DNA of 64,000 nucleotides, taken from contig CAVRAY010000001.1 of assembly GCA_963719225.1 (NCBI GenBank), positions 3,040,001 to 3,104,000 on the forward strand, in the 5' to 3' direction. The position numbers were made by a program, and so were the translations under genes. The stretch comes from Thermoanaerobaculia bacterium. GTDB taxonomy: Bacteria; Acidobacteriota; Thermoanaerobaculia; UBA5066. The notes beneath the pieces are model-generated. The model made no database searches, was not told the DNA's origin, and saw nothing but the letters and a program-made list of their open reading frames with translations. Below, one piece after another: positions 10,354-19,376 of this stretch. Position 1 is the first letter of the stretch. Every line of letters begins with the position of its first letter.

Positions 10354-11132
10354 GCGCCGCCTGCCGCGCCTTCGAGCAGCGACTCGCCGAAGCCCTGGAT
10401 CGCGCCGCGGAGGGCACCACGGCTGCGGCCGCACGCGCCCTCGCGGCCTCCGACCCGCACGCGGTGGAATGTTCCGACTGCGCCCGCCTCGCGACTCTCG
10501 TCGCCGGCCACGCGGGCGTCTTCGCGTTCCTCTCGCATCCCGAGCCGTCGACCGAGTTTCTCTCCCGGCTCTCGGAGACTCCGGCGGACGTCCGCGCGCG
10601 CCAGGAGGCTTCGGAAGTCCTCTCGTTCCTCACGCCGGGAGCGCTCGCGAGGCCGGAGCCCTCCCGCGCGCTCGTGAAACGTCTCCTCGCCGTACCCGCG
10701 CCCGCGCCCTCCGGCGCCCTGTCGAACGTCTCGCGCGGCATCTTCGGCAGGCTGAAGCCCCTCGTGACGGACTGGCGGTTCGCCGTCGCTGCCGCCTACG
10801 CGGCGACGTTCCTGATCGTCGCGCTCCTGCGCCTCGATCCGATGTCGGCGGCTCGCGGCGCGGCGGACGATCTGACGTCGGCGGGCGAGCGCGCGCTCTC
10901 CGAAGCGCGCGTCGCGGCGGTGCATCGCTTCGACGAGAGCGCTCTCGGCCGGGCCGCGGCGCCGATCACGAAGCGCCTCGACTATCGCGTCTATCGCGCC
11001 TTCGCTGCGGGCCGCGCCCGGGCGATCGCGTATTCGCAGCTCGTCTTCGAAAAGATCTTCGGCGGAACGGTCGACGCCCTGCAAGCCTCGCACGAGACGC
11101 CGGAACCTTCCGAGCCCTTTCGACGTTCTTGA
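10350..11132 (+). CDS. Putative membrane-anchored zinc-binding anti-sigma factor
   Basis: HAVECSDC (HxxxCxxC ZAS motif), single TM helix, ATGA overlap with the sigma gene. Confidence 0.75.
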   Translation: MSAACRAFEQRLAEALDRAAEGTTAAAARALAASDPHAVECSDCARLATLVAGHAGVFAFLSHPEPSTEFLSRLSETPADVRARQEASEVLSFLTPGALARPEPSRALVKRLLAVPAPAPSGALSNVSRGIFGRLKPLVTDWRFAVAAAYAATFLIVALLRLDPMSAARGAADDLTSAGERALSEARVAAVHRFDESALGRAAAPITKRLDYRVYRAFAAGRARAIAYSQLVFEKIFGGTVDALQASHETPEPSEPFRRS

Positions 11133-11147
11133 CGACAGGTGGAAACG

Positions 11148-11723
11148 ATGAACGACACAAGCTCGAACCCTCAACCCCCGAACCCGCCTTCCCTCTCCCA
11201 GGCGCCGCCGCCTCCGCCGATCGCTTTCGGACCTGCGGCCGCGTCGCCGGTTCCGCCGCTGCCGAAGAACCCCGGCGCCGCGGGCGTGCTCGGGATCATT
11301 CCGGGAATGGGGCACCTCTACCTCGGCCTCTACCAGCGCGCCGCGATTCTGTTCGGAGTCTGGGTCCTCTTCATCTCGCTGGCCGGGCGCACCCATGGCC
11401 CGTTCCCGGGAATCGCCATTCCGTTCTGGATGGTGTTCTCCATCATCGACGCGGTGCGGCAGGCGAAGGCGATCAACATGACGGGAAAGCCGGAAGCGAA
11501 CGTGCTCGGCTCAGACGAGCCCGTGCGCGTGAGCGGCAGCCTCACCGCGGGCCTTCTCCTCATCCTGATCGGCGGATTCCTGCTCCTCGACCGGTTCGCG
11601 ACGATCGACCTGTCGTTCCTGAACGACTGGTGGCCGATCCTCCTCGTCGCCTTCGGGGCCTGGCAGGTGTTCCGCCACTACCAGTCGAAACGCGCCGAAA
11701 GCGGCCAATCGCCCGCGGCCTGA
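11148..11723 (+). CDS. Membrane protein (TM2-like and LiaI/LiaF/DUF5668-like segments)
   Basis: PGMGHLYLG and WWPILLVAFG motifs; third gene of the ECF operon. Confidence 0.65.
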   Translation: MNDTSSNPQPPNPPSLSQAPPPPPIAFGPAAASPVPPLPKNPGAAGVLGIIPGMGHLYLGLYQRAAILFGVWVLFISLAGRTHGPFPGIAIPFWMVFSIIDAVRQAKAINMTGKPEANVLGSDEPVRVSGSLTAGLLLILIGGFLLLDRFATIDLSFLNDWWPILLVAFGAWQVFRHYQSKRAESGQSPAA

Positions 11724-11754
11724 GCGCCCTCGTCGCACGGCCGATTGCGGGAGC

Positions 11755-12285
11755 TCAGTCCCCGAGCGAGGTGACGAGGACGATGGTCTTGGCGAGGATC
11801 GCGCCCGTGCGGGGATCGATGAAGTGGTCCTCGATGTCGATCTCCAGAGCGCCGTCCGCGCGGTTCCAGCGCGCGGATCGCCCTCTCTGGCCCGCGGCTT
11901 TCGCGACCGCGGCCGCGTCCGCCTGGATCGCGCCGCTCTTCATGCCGTCCTGAAGGTCGGCCTCGAGATTGCGCTCGGCGAAGATGAAGCGCGATTGCGG
12001 GATCTGCCTCTCGTAAGAGGCGACGCTCTCGTCCAGCGACTTCGGAGTCGTGAAGACCGCGATCTTGAGCTTGGAGAGGCGTTTTTTCAGCTCGGCCTTT
12101 TCCGCGGCACTTCGCGTCGTGTCGGCGTCGAGGCTGGCGAGGACCTGTTTCGTCTCGGCGGCCGCGCGGTCGGTCAACACCTGCGTGAGAACGGGATCGA
12201 TCTCCCCTCCCGGAGGGAACGGCACGCCGGGAATCGGCGAGGCGGGCGCCGCGAGGGCCAGCAGGAGGGCGAGAGCGAAAGGCAC
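11755..12285 (-). CDS. Secreted hypothetical protein
   Basis: Signal peptide; GTG start 6 nt after TAGAAT. Confidence 0.6.
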   Translation of the reverse strand: MPFALALLLALAAPASPIPGVPFPPGGEIDPVLTQVLTDRAAAETKQVLASLDADTTRSAAEKAELKKRLSKLKIAVFTTPKSLDESVASYERQIPQSRFIFAERNLEADLQDGMKSGAIQADAAAVAKAAGQRGRSARWNRADGALEIDIEDHFIDPRTGAILAKTIVLVTSLGD

Positions 12286-12325
12286 GAGAGGATTCTAGCG
12301 GCCTTCGAAGGCCGCCCGCTCGCGA

Positions 12326-13894
12326 TCAGCCCTTCTTTGCGCCCTTCGTCTCTTCCTCCGCCTTGATCCCGAGCTTGCCCAGAAGGACGCTCATGTCGAG
12401 GCCCAGGGCCTGCGCCGCCTGCATCACCTGGAACATCGTCGTGGGAACGGTGCTCGCGAGGCGGTTGACCGTGCCGTTGCCGTCTCCCGACCCACCCGAG
12501 TCGATCATGACGAGCTTGTCGATGTTTCCCAGAGGGGCGGCGACGGCGCTCGCGACAGGGGCGAAGGCCTTGATGATCTCCGGGTATCGCTCGAGGACGA
12601 GGAGAGCCCGGGCGGAGTCGTCCAGCTTCGCGAAAGCCTCGGCCTTTCGAAGCGCGCCCTCCGCCTCGGCGAGCAGCTTCGCCTTGATTCCCTCCGCTTC
12701 CGCGAGGAGCTTGGCCTTGTTGCCTTCGGCCTCGGCGAGGAGCTTCGCCTTGGTTCCCTCGGCTTCGGCGAGGAGCTTCGACCGCAGCGCGTCGGCCTGC
12801 CCGAGCCCCTCCATCGCGAGCCTCTGCTTCTCGCCGTCGGCGATCGCGATGATCGCGGACTTCTTGCCCTCGGCCTCGAGGATCTCCCGCTGCCTCGAGG
12901 CTTCCGCCTGCAGGATGATCTGCATCTTCTGGGCCTCGGAAGGCTTGACGACCTCCGACAGGAGCTGCTTCTCGCGCTTCAAGGCGTCGGCCTCGGCGAC
13001 TTCCGTCTGCTTGCGCGTCCGGACCAGCTCGACCATCACCTCCTGCTCGATGACCTGCTGCCGGGCCCGTGCGTCCGCGAGCGGCCCCGACTGCTTCGCC
13101 GTGGCCTGCTGGGAGAGGACGTCCGCCTCGTACGTCGCCTTGCGGACGTCCCGCTCCTTTTCGGCCAGCGCGACGAGCGCGAGGTTCTCGTTCTCCTTCT
13201 CCTTGCCTTCCCGAAGGGAGGTCGTGGACTGGATCGTGGCTTCGCGTGCCGCGTTCGCCTCGCCGATCTGCGCGTCGCGCTTCACCTCGGCGGTTCGCTT
13301 CTTCCCGAGCGCCTCGATGTAGCCCTCGGAATCGTTGACCTTCTGGATCGTGAGGACGTCGACGCCGAGGCCGATCTTCGCGAGGTCCGACGTCGCTTCC
13401 GTCAGGACTTCCTGGTTGAACTTGGAGCGGTCGCGGACGATTTCCTCGACGGTCAGGCGGCCGACGATCGAGCGCAGGTGGCCTTCCAGGTTCTTGTACG
13501 CGATCTGCTTGATCTCGGCGGGCGTCGACCCGAGGAAGCGCTCGGCGGCGGCCGTGAGCGACTGCTCGTCGCTGCGGACCTTCACGTTCGCGACCGCCTG
13601 GACGCTCACGAGAACGCCGTCGATGTTCGGCACGTCCCGCACGTCGAGGTCGATCGGGAAAACGCTCAGGTCGAGGTACGTGACGTTCTCGAGGACGGGC
13701 CACTTCCAGCCCGCGCCGCCCGTCACCAGGCGAAACCCGACGAGCTTTCCGTCGGGCGTCTTGTGCTTTCGCCCGTAGAAGACGGCCACCTTGTTCGGCG
13801 GGACCTTGATGTAGTTGCGGACGGCCGTCATCAGGACGACGAGGAGCACGACCGCGACGAGGACGAGAAGGACGGGAAGGATGAAGGTGGACAT
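12326..13894 (-). CDS. Flotillin / SPFH domain protein
   Basis: N-terminal TM helix, LEGHLRSIVGRLTVEEI, AEAE-rich coiled coil, NIDKLVMID. Confidence 0.92.
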   Translation of the reverse strand: MSTFILPVLLVLVAVVLLVVLMTAVRNYIKVPPNKVAVFYGRKHKTPDGKLVGFRLVTGGAGWKWPVLENVTYLDLSVFPIDLDVRDVPNIDGVLVSVQAVANVKVRSDEQSLTAAAERFLGSTPAEIKQIAYKNLEGHLRSIVGRLTVEEIVRDRSKFNQEVLTEATSDLAKIGLGVDVLTIQKVNDSEGYIEALGKKRTAEVKRDAQIGEANAAREATIQSTTSLREGKEKENENLALVALAEKERDVRKATYEADVLSQQATAKQSGPLADARARQQVIEQEVMVELVRTRKQTEVAEADALKREKQLLSEVVKPSEAQKMQIILQAEASRQREILEAEGKKSAIIAIADGEKQRLAMEGLGQADALRSKLLAEAEGTKAKLLAEAEGNKAKLLAEAEGIKAKLLAEAEGALRKAEAFAKLDDSARALLVLERYPEIIKAFAPVASAVAAPLGNIDKLVMIDSGGSGDGNGTVNRLASTVPTTMFQVMQAAQALGLDMSVLLGKLGIKAEEETKGAKKG

Positions 13895-13915
13895 GAAGAG
13901 AGGCTCCTTCGAGGG

Positions 13916-14416
13916 CTAACTCACGGGCTCGACGAGCAGCATCGCTCCGTGCAGCTCGGTGACCTTCACGAGAGCCCCTTCGCCGATCGGCTGCGGGCGA
14001 GCCGCCCTGGCCATCCGGCGCGTGGTCTGGGACTTCAGCCGGCACGTCACCTCTCCGACACCGTCGGCGGGAATGGCGACCGTGACCATGGCGGTCAGGC
14101 CCACGAGCTCGCGGTCCTCGATGAGGGAGCTCGCCTGCTGGGACCTGATGAGCTGCATGGCCGCGACGTAGATGGCGTACGTCGCGACGCCGGCGAGAAG
14201 CCCCCAGAGGGAGCTCGTGATGGGGGGCTTCTCGAGGTACCGCCCGAGGGCCCCCACCGTCCCGAACGTCAGGAGGAAGATCGCCATCGCGCGCAGGCTG
14301 AAGAACCCGACGCCGCCGACCTCGAGCTCGGGATGAGCTTCGAAATCGTGTCCCAGCAACGCCGAAGCGGCGGTCAGGAGGAGACCGATCGCCGCGAGAC
14401 TGACGAAAACGAGCAT
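13916..14416 (-). CDS. NfeD-like membrane protein (flotillin partner)
   Basis: TM helices and C-terminal OB-fold (IPADGVGEV...GALVKV); directly upstream of flotillin. Confidence 0.8.
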   Translation of the reverse strand: MLVFVSLAAIGLLLTAASALLGHDFEAHPELEVGGVGFFSLRAMAIFLLTFGTVGALGRYLEKPPITSSLWGLLAGVATYAIYVAAMQLIRSQQASSLIEDRELVGLTAMVTVAIPADGVGEVTCRLKSQTTRRMARAARPQPIGEGALVKVTELHGAMLLVEPVS

Positions 14417-14447
14417 CTGGCGCCTTTGGAACGGATTCTATCCCGTC

Positions 14448-15368
14448 TCAATCCCGGGTCTTCACGACGATCTCGGTCGGCTGCCCGGCGACGTAACGAA
14501 GCGAACATTCGGCGAAGCCTTCACATTTCACGCAGATTCCGTCACGGTCACCCTTGAAATCGATGGGCTTGCAGATGTTCACGCCGGGGACGACGAGCTT
14601 TCCGAGCTCGGCCGCGAACTCGCGCTGGCGCGGCGGCGGGTCGCCGCCTCCCTGAGTCGCCCGACGGAGGTCCTCGACCTTCGAGAACAGCTCGCGGTTG
14701 CGCCGCTCGAGCACCGCGTCCTCGCGCAGCGAGCCGGCCGATTTCACGGCGACGACCGCGGACTGCGCCGCCTTCTTCACCCGATACCGGCCATGGTGAC
14801 GGATCCAGAAAAAGAGGAAGCCCGCGCCGGCGCCGGCGACGGTGACGAAACCTGAGCCCGGCCGCCCCGCGAGCGTCGCCTTCAGAAGCTCCCATCCCAG
14901 GAAGGCCACGGCCAGCCACGCGAGCCACTTCACCTTCACGGGGATCACGAACATGATCAGGAACTGCATGTCGGGGAAGAGGTACGCGTAGGCGAAGAGC
15001 ATCGAGGCGCCCGCCACGACGCCCCCCGAGGTGAGGACGTTCCCCGTGGCGAGCGCGGCGAGAGACGCTCCGAAGGTCGAGATGAGCCAGAAGACCGTGA
15101 ACTCGCCGGTTCCCCACTCGCCCTCCAGCGCGGATCCCAGGATGTAGAGGATGAGCGCGCCGAAGAAGAGGCCGAAAGGCTCGCCGTGGAGGAACTGGTA
15201 CGTCACGAACGTCCACGGCCTCGCGAGAGCGGCCCTCGGATCGAACGCGAAGAGCCCGTACGTCTGCTCGGGGTTCATCTTCAGGAGGAAGAAGAAGATG
15301 AAGTGAAAGCTGCACAGCGGCAGCGTGAGGCCGAGCCTCGGCGCGAAGAGGTCGTTGCGATCGCTCAT
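14448..15368 (-). CDS. Rhomboid-like intramembrane protein with a Cys-rich C-terminus
   Basis: PWTFVTYQFLH, GSALEGEWG, FPDMQFLIMFVIPVKVKWLAW; ATG overlaps the mutL stop. Confidence 0.7.
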   Translation of the reverse strand: MSDRNDLFAPRLGLTLPLCSFHFIFFFLLKMNPEQTYGLFAFDPRAALARPWTFVTYQFLHGEPFGLFFGALILYILGSALEGEWGTGEFTVFWLISTFGASLAALATGNVLTSGGVVAGASMLFAYAYLFPDMQFLIMFVIPVKVKWLAWLAVAFLGWELLKATLAGRPGSGFVTVAGAGAGFLFFWIRHHGRYRVKKAAQSAVVAVKSAGSLREDAVLERRNRELFSKVEDLRRATQGGGDPPPRQREFAAELGKLVVPGVNICKPIDFKGDRDGICVKCEGFAECSLRYVAGQPTEIVVKTRD

Positions 15369-17257
15369 CCCCGCCGCCCGAAACGTCTCTCGAGCTCCTC
15401 GTGCGCGAAAGCGAGGAGGATGGGCCGGCCGTGCGGGCACGTCCACGGGTCGCGGCAAACGGCGAGGTCCGCGAGGAGCCGTGCGGCCTCGGCCGGCGCG
15501 AGCCGGTGGTTCACCGTGATCGCGCCGCGGCAGGCGAGGGACGCGGCGAGGACTTCGCGCCGCAGCGCGGGCGACGATACTGCGCCCTCGGGCAGCGCCG
15601 CGAGGCGCGCAAGGGTGTCGCGGAGGGCGGGAACGACCGAGGACGCCGGCGTCTCGGGAGGCGTCGCCGAGACGAGGAACGTGCGGTTCGAGAGCTCGGA
15701 GACGACGAAGCCGGCTTCCGCGAGGAAATCGTCCGAGCTCGACAGGAGCGTCGCCTCGTGCGGCGTCGCCTCGAACGTCATCGGCGTCAGGAGATTCTGG
15801 GAATGGACGTCCGAGGTCTCCAGTCTCTCGAGGAATCTCTCGTATCGCACGCGCTCGTGCGCGACGTGCTGGTCGATGAGCACCAGACCTTCCTCTCCTT
15901 CGGCCACGAGGAACGAGTCGCGGTACTGGCCGAGGAGGCGGATGAGGCCGAGCGGGGAGGGAGAAAGAGGAGAAGAGATTTCTTGTGAATATGGGGAAAG
16001 AGAAGAAAGAGAAGAGGAGATTTCTTCTGAATAGGAAGAGGGGGAAGGGCCGGGCGCGATCGCGTCGAGCAGCGCCTGCGTGTCGGCACGGTCCCGCCCC
16101 GCGCCCCAGCCGCCCGCGCCGTAGCGAGCCGTCCCCTCGCCGACCTCAGACGCGCCCCGCCAGCCTATTCCCCCTTCTAAGAAGTCTCTCTCTCCTCTTT
16201 CTCTATCGCCTTCTCTTCTTCCTCCGATGCCCTCGAACGCCTCCCCCTCCACCGACACCGCGCGTTTCCCGCCCGTCAGCGCCTGAACGAGGCCGCGGTG
16301 GACGAGCGCGTGCACGGTGCCCGAGTCGCGGAACCGGACCTCGAGCTTCTGCGGGTGAACGTTCACGTCGCAGAGCTCCGGGGCGCAGGCGAGAAACAGC
16401 GCGAAGCCCGCATGGCGATCCGAGCGCAGCACCTCGCGCGTCGCGAGGCCGACCGCGTGCGCCACGGTCGCGTCCCGTATGGCGCGGCCGTTCACGAAGA
16501 ACCATTGGTGCGCCCGCGACGGGAACGTCGTGTCCGGCCGCGTGACGGCGCCCGTGAGCGTCATCCCGTTGAAGGCGAAGTCCACCTCGCGCGGGGGCGC
16601 GGGCGAGGCGAGGCCGAGGACTTCGCGAAACCGCGACGCGATTCCGGCCGCGGGAGGCAGATCGAGGAGGAGCCGGCTTCCCGCGCCGAGCGCGAAGGAC
16701 ACGTCCGGCCGCGACAGCGCGAGCGTCGTGACGGCCTTCACGACCGCCCGGAGCTCGGCGTCGGCGCTCTTCAGGAACTTGCGCCGCGCCGGGACGTTGC
16801 CGAAGAGGTCCTCGACGACGACGCGCGTACCTCTCGGGTGCCGTGCGGGCGAGACTTGCACGGGCGCGCCCCGTTCGGCGACGACCTCGGTCCCGAGGCC
16901 GGAGTCGTCCGGCGACGTCGTGAGGACGAGGCGCGAGACGGAAGCGATCGAGGGAAGGGCCTCTCCTCGAAAGCCCATGGTGCCGATCGAGGTCAGATCC
17001 TGGAACGTGCGGATCTTCGAAGTCGCATGCCGCTCGAGGGCGAGCCGCGCGTCCCCGGCGGACATGCCGGAGCCGTCGTCCAGGACCTCGATCCGCGTGA
17101 TCCCCCCGCCTTCGACGTCCACGCGGACGCGCCGCGCTCCGGCATCGAGCGCGTTCTCCACGAGCTCCTTGACAGCGGACGCCGGACGCTCCACGACCTC
17201 GCCCGCGGCGATCTGGTCGACGAGCGTGTCGGGAAGAACGCGAACGGGTCCGCCCAC
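15365..17257 (-). CDS. mutL: DNA mismatch repair endonuclease MutL
   Basis: QIAAGEVVERPASAVKELVENALDAGA, GFRGEAL, DQHVAHERVRYE, ACR, CPHGRP. Confidence 0.96.
   Translation of the reverse strand: MGGPVRVLPDTLVDQIAAGEVVERPASAVKELVENALDAGARRVRVDVEGGGITRIEVLDDGSGMSAGDARLALERHATSKIRTFQDLTSIGTMGFRGEALPSIASVSRLVLTTSPDDSGLGTEVVAERGAPVQVSPARHPRGTRVVVEDLFGNVPARRKFLKSADAELRAVVKAVTTLALSRPDVSFALGAGSRLLLDLPPAAGIASRFREVLGLASPAPPREVDFAFNGMTLTGAVTRPDTTFPSRAHQWFFVNGRAIRDATVAHAVGLATREVLRSDRHAGFALFLACAPELCDVNVHPQKLEVRFRDSGTVHALVHRGLVQALTGGKRAVSVEGEAFEGIGGRREGDRERGERDFLEGGIGWRGASEVGEGTARYGAGGWGAGRDRADTQALLDAIAPGPSPSSYSEEISSSLSSLSPYSQEISSPLSPSPLGLIRLLGQYRDSFLVAEGEEGLVLIDQHVAHERVRYERFLERLETSDVHSQNLLTPMTFEATPHEATLLSSSDDFLAEAGFVVSELSNRTFLVSATPPETPASSVVPALRDTLARLAALPEGAVSSPALRREVLAASLACRGAITVNHRLAPAEAARLLADLAVCRDPWTCPHGRPILLAFAHEELERRFGRRG
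15961..16222. repeat. Cluster of dispersed purine-tract/TTCTTAGAA motifs in the mutL linker
   Basis: Two truncated forward copies GAGATTTCTT(G/C)TGAATA; reverse core 16175-16183. Confidence 0.8.
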
Positions 17258-17292
17258 GCCGGGGATGTTATCGGCTTCGGGGCAGGTCGCGT

Positions 17293-18687
17293 TCAGCGCT
17301 CCGCCATCGCCTTCTCCACGTCCGCGATCTCCCGCGGAGCCGAGCACGAGAGGCACTCCGGCCCTGTTTCGGTGACGAGGATGTCGTCTTCGATCCGAAC
17401 GCCGATGTTCCACCACTTCGGGTCGACGCCCTCGCTCTTCTCGCGGACGTAGATGCCAGGCTCCACGGTGAGGACCATTCCGGGACGTAGCGTCGCGTTC
17501 GCCGAGAAGTAGCGCGTCCAGCGGTCCGTCGGATCCCCACTCTCGTAGCTCCCCGCGTCGTGGACGTCGAGGCCGAGCCAGTGCGACGTGCCGTGCGGAA
17601 AGAACGCGATGAACGAACGTGACCGTTTCACCTCTTCAAGCGTGCCCTTGAGGAGACCGAGCTTCACGAGCCCGTCCACGATGACCTCGTACGAGGCGTC
17701 GTGGACGTCGTGGTACTTCGCTCCGGGCACCGCCTTCGCGATACCTGCCTTCTGCGCCGCGAGGACGATCGCGTAGAGAGAGCGCTGCTCGGGAGAGAAC
17801 GTGCCGTTCACGGGATAACTGCGGGTCACGTCCGCGGCGTAGAGCCCGTACTCGCACGCCGTGTCGTTGACGATCATCTCGCCGGCGAGCATCGTGCGGC
17901 TCGCGTCGGCGTAATGGAGGACGACCGAGTTCGCGCCCGACCCCACGATCGGCGCGTAGGCCATGCGCGCGGAGCCTCCCGCGAGGCAGCGCTCGACCAT
18001 GGCGGCCTTGAGGGCGCCCTCGTTCACGCCGGGGCGCGTGCGCGCCATCGCGGCGAGGTGCGCCTCGCCCGAGAGCCTTGCCGCTTCGCGCATGATCGCG
18101 ATCTCCGTCGCGTCCTTCACGAGGCGCATCTGCCCGAGGAGCGGCGTGACGTCGAGCGCCGGAAGCGGCTCGGTGCCGGTCTCCACGAGCGTCTGCCAGG
18201 TGGAGACGATCTTCTCGCGGAACTCCCTGTCGTGCGCATCGGCGTAATAGAGAGCCTTCGCCCCCGCGAGAAGCGCCCGGGATTCCTTCTGGAAGTCGGC
18301 GACCGGGCGGGCAGCGTCCGCCCGAAACTCCTTCGCGCCTTCGACGCCCGCGCGGCGTCCCGTCCACTGCTCCTCCGCCCAGTTCTTCGGCATGAGGAAG
18401 AGCGTGTAGCGTTTTCCCTCAGCCGCGCCCGGCCGGAAGACCGCGACCGCATCCGGCTCGGAAAAGCCCGTGAGATACCAGAAATTCGAATCCGGCCGGT
18501 AGGCATCGAGGTGATTGCCGGCGTGCTCCGCCGGGGCACGCAGCACCACGACCGCGTCCTTCGGAAGCTTTGCTGCGAGGGCCGTGCGGTGCGCGGCGAA
18601 CCAGTCCGGACCGGGCGCGGGCGGCCCGGCCACGGCGAGCGCGGACGAGCAAACGGCAAGAACGACGAGAAACGTCGGGACGCGCAT
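17293..18687 (-). CDS. pepP: Xaa-Pro aminopeptidase (aminopeptidase P family) with a signal peptide
   Basis: YRPDSNFWYLTGF, YAADVTRSYP, HWLGLDVHD, TVEPGIY, GVRIEDD. Confidence 0.85.
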   Translation of the reverse strand: MRVPTFLVVLAVCSSALAVAGPPAPGPDWFAAHRTALAAKLPKDAVVVLRAPAEHAGNHLDAYRPDSNFWYLTGFSEPDAVAVFRPGAAEGKRYTLFLMPKNWAEEQWTGRRAGVEGAKEFRADAARPVADFQKESRALLAGAKALYYADAHDREFREKIVSTWQTLVETGTEPLPALDVTPLLGQMRLVKDATEIAIMREAARLSGEAHLAAMARTRPGVNEGALKAAMVERCLAGGSARMAYAPIVGSGANSVVLHYADASRTMLAGEMIVNDTACEYGLYAADVTRSYPVNGTFSPEQRSLYAIVLAAQKAGIAKAVPGAKYHDVHDASYEVIVDGLVKLGLLKGTLEEVKRSRSFIAFFPHGTSHWLGLDVHDAGSYESGDPTDRWTRYFSANATLRPGMVLTVEPGIYVREKSEGVDPKWWNIGVRIEDDILVTETGPECLSCSAPREIADVEKAMAER

Positions 18688-18737
18688 GAGACCTCCGAGG
18701 AGGGCAGTGTAAGGGCGGAGGACACTCCGTGGAGCCC

Positions 18738-18777
18738 TTGACGGCCGCCGCGTCGATATGTACCGTATTCCTGTACA
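18738..18777 (+). promoter_or_regulatory. yefM-yoeB promoter/operator (TTGACG -35; TGTACC and TGTACA operator-like cores)
   Basis: TGTACA is the core of known YefM operators; followed by an AGGAGG RBS. Confidence 0.55.
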
Positions 18778-18789
18778 GGAGGACCGAGC

Positions 18790-19080
18790 GTGCCGACCAG
18801 CGAAACGACCTACACCTACGCGCGAGCGAACTTCGCCGCAATCTGCGACGCCGTCGCTTCGTCCCGGGAAGCGGTCGTCATCCGGCGCCGCGGTGCCCAC
18901 GACGTTGCGCTCGTCGCCGCCGACGAGCTGCGGAGCCTCATGGAAACGGCACATCTCCTGAGGTCCCCGAAGAACGCCGAGCGACTTCTGCGCGCACTGG
19001 GTCGCGCTCGGCGTCGAAGAGGCTCGCCGCGATCGGTCGTACACCTCCGCCGGGAACTGGGACTTGGCGGCGCCCGCTGA
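18790..19080 (+). CDS. yefM: YefM/Phd family antitoxin
   Basis: YTYARANFA...SLMETAHLLRSPKNAERL. Confidence 0.9.
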   Translation: MPTSETTYTYARANFAAICDAVASSREAVVIRRRGAHDVALVAADELRSLMETAHLLRSPKNAERLLRALGRARRRRGSPRSVVHLRRELGLGGAR

Positions 19081-19360
19081 CGCGGGCTTACTCCCGAAGG
19101 GACGCCGCGAAGCTGTCTCCCAGAAGGAGTTCCTGGAAGACCTCAGGTTCTGGGTCGACACGAACCGACGCGTTGCACTCCGGGCGCTCGATCTCGTCGA
19201 GGCGATCTTGCGCGAGCCCTTTCAAGGCCTCGGGAAGCCCGAGCCGCTGAAGTACCTCGGCCCCGGAATCTGGTCGCGCCGACTCACGGAGGAGCACCGC
19301 GTCGTCTACCTGGTCCGCCACGGCCGAGTCGATTTCCTCCAGGCGCGTTATCACTACTGA
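19064..19360 (+). CDS. yoeB: Txe/YoeB family toxin
   Basis: GLGKPEPLKY, WSRRLTEEHRVVY, C-terminal ARYHY. Confidence 0.92.
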   Translation: MAAPADAGLLPKGRREAVSQKEFLEDLRFWVDTNRRVALRALDLVEAILREPFQGLGKPEPLKYLGPGIWSRRLTEEHRVVYLVRHGRVDFLQARYHY

Positions 19361-19376
19361 TCGGATAATCTGCGGC

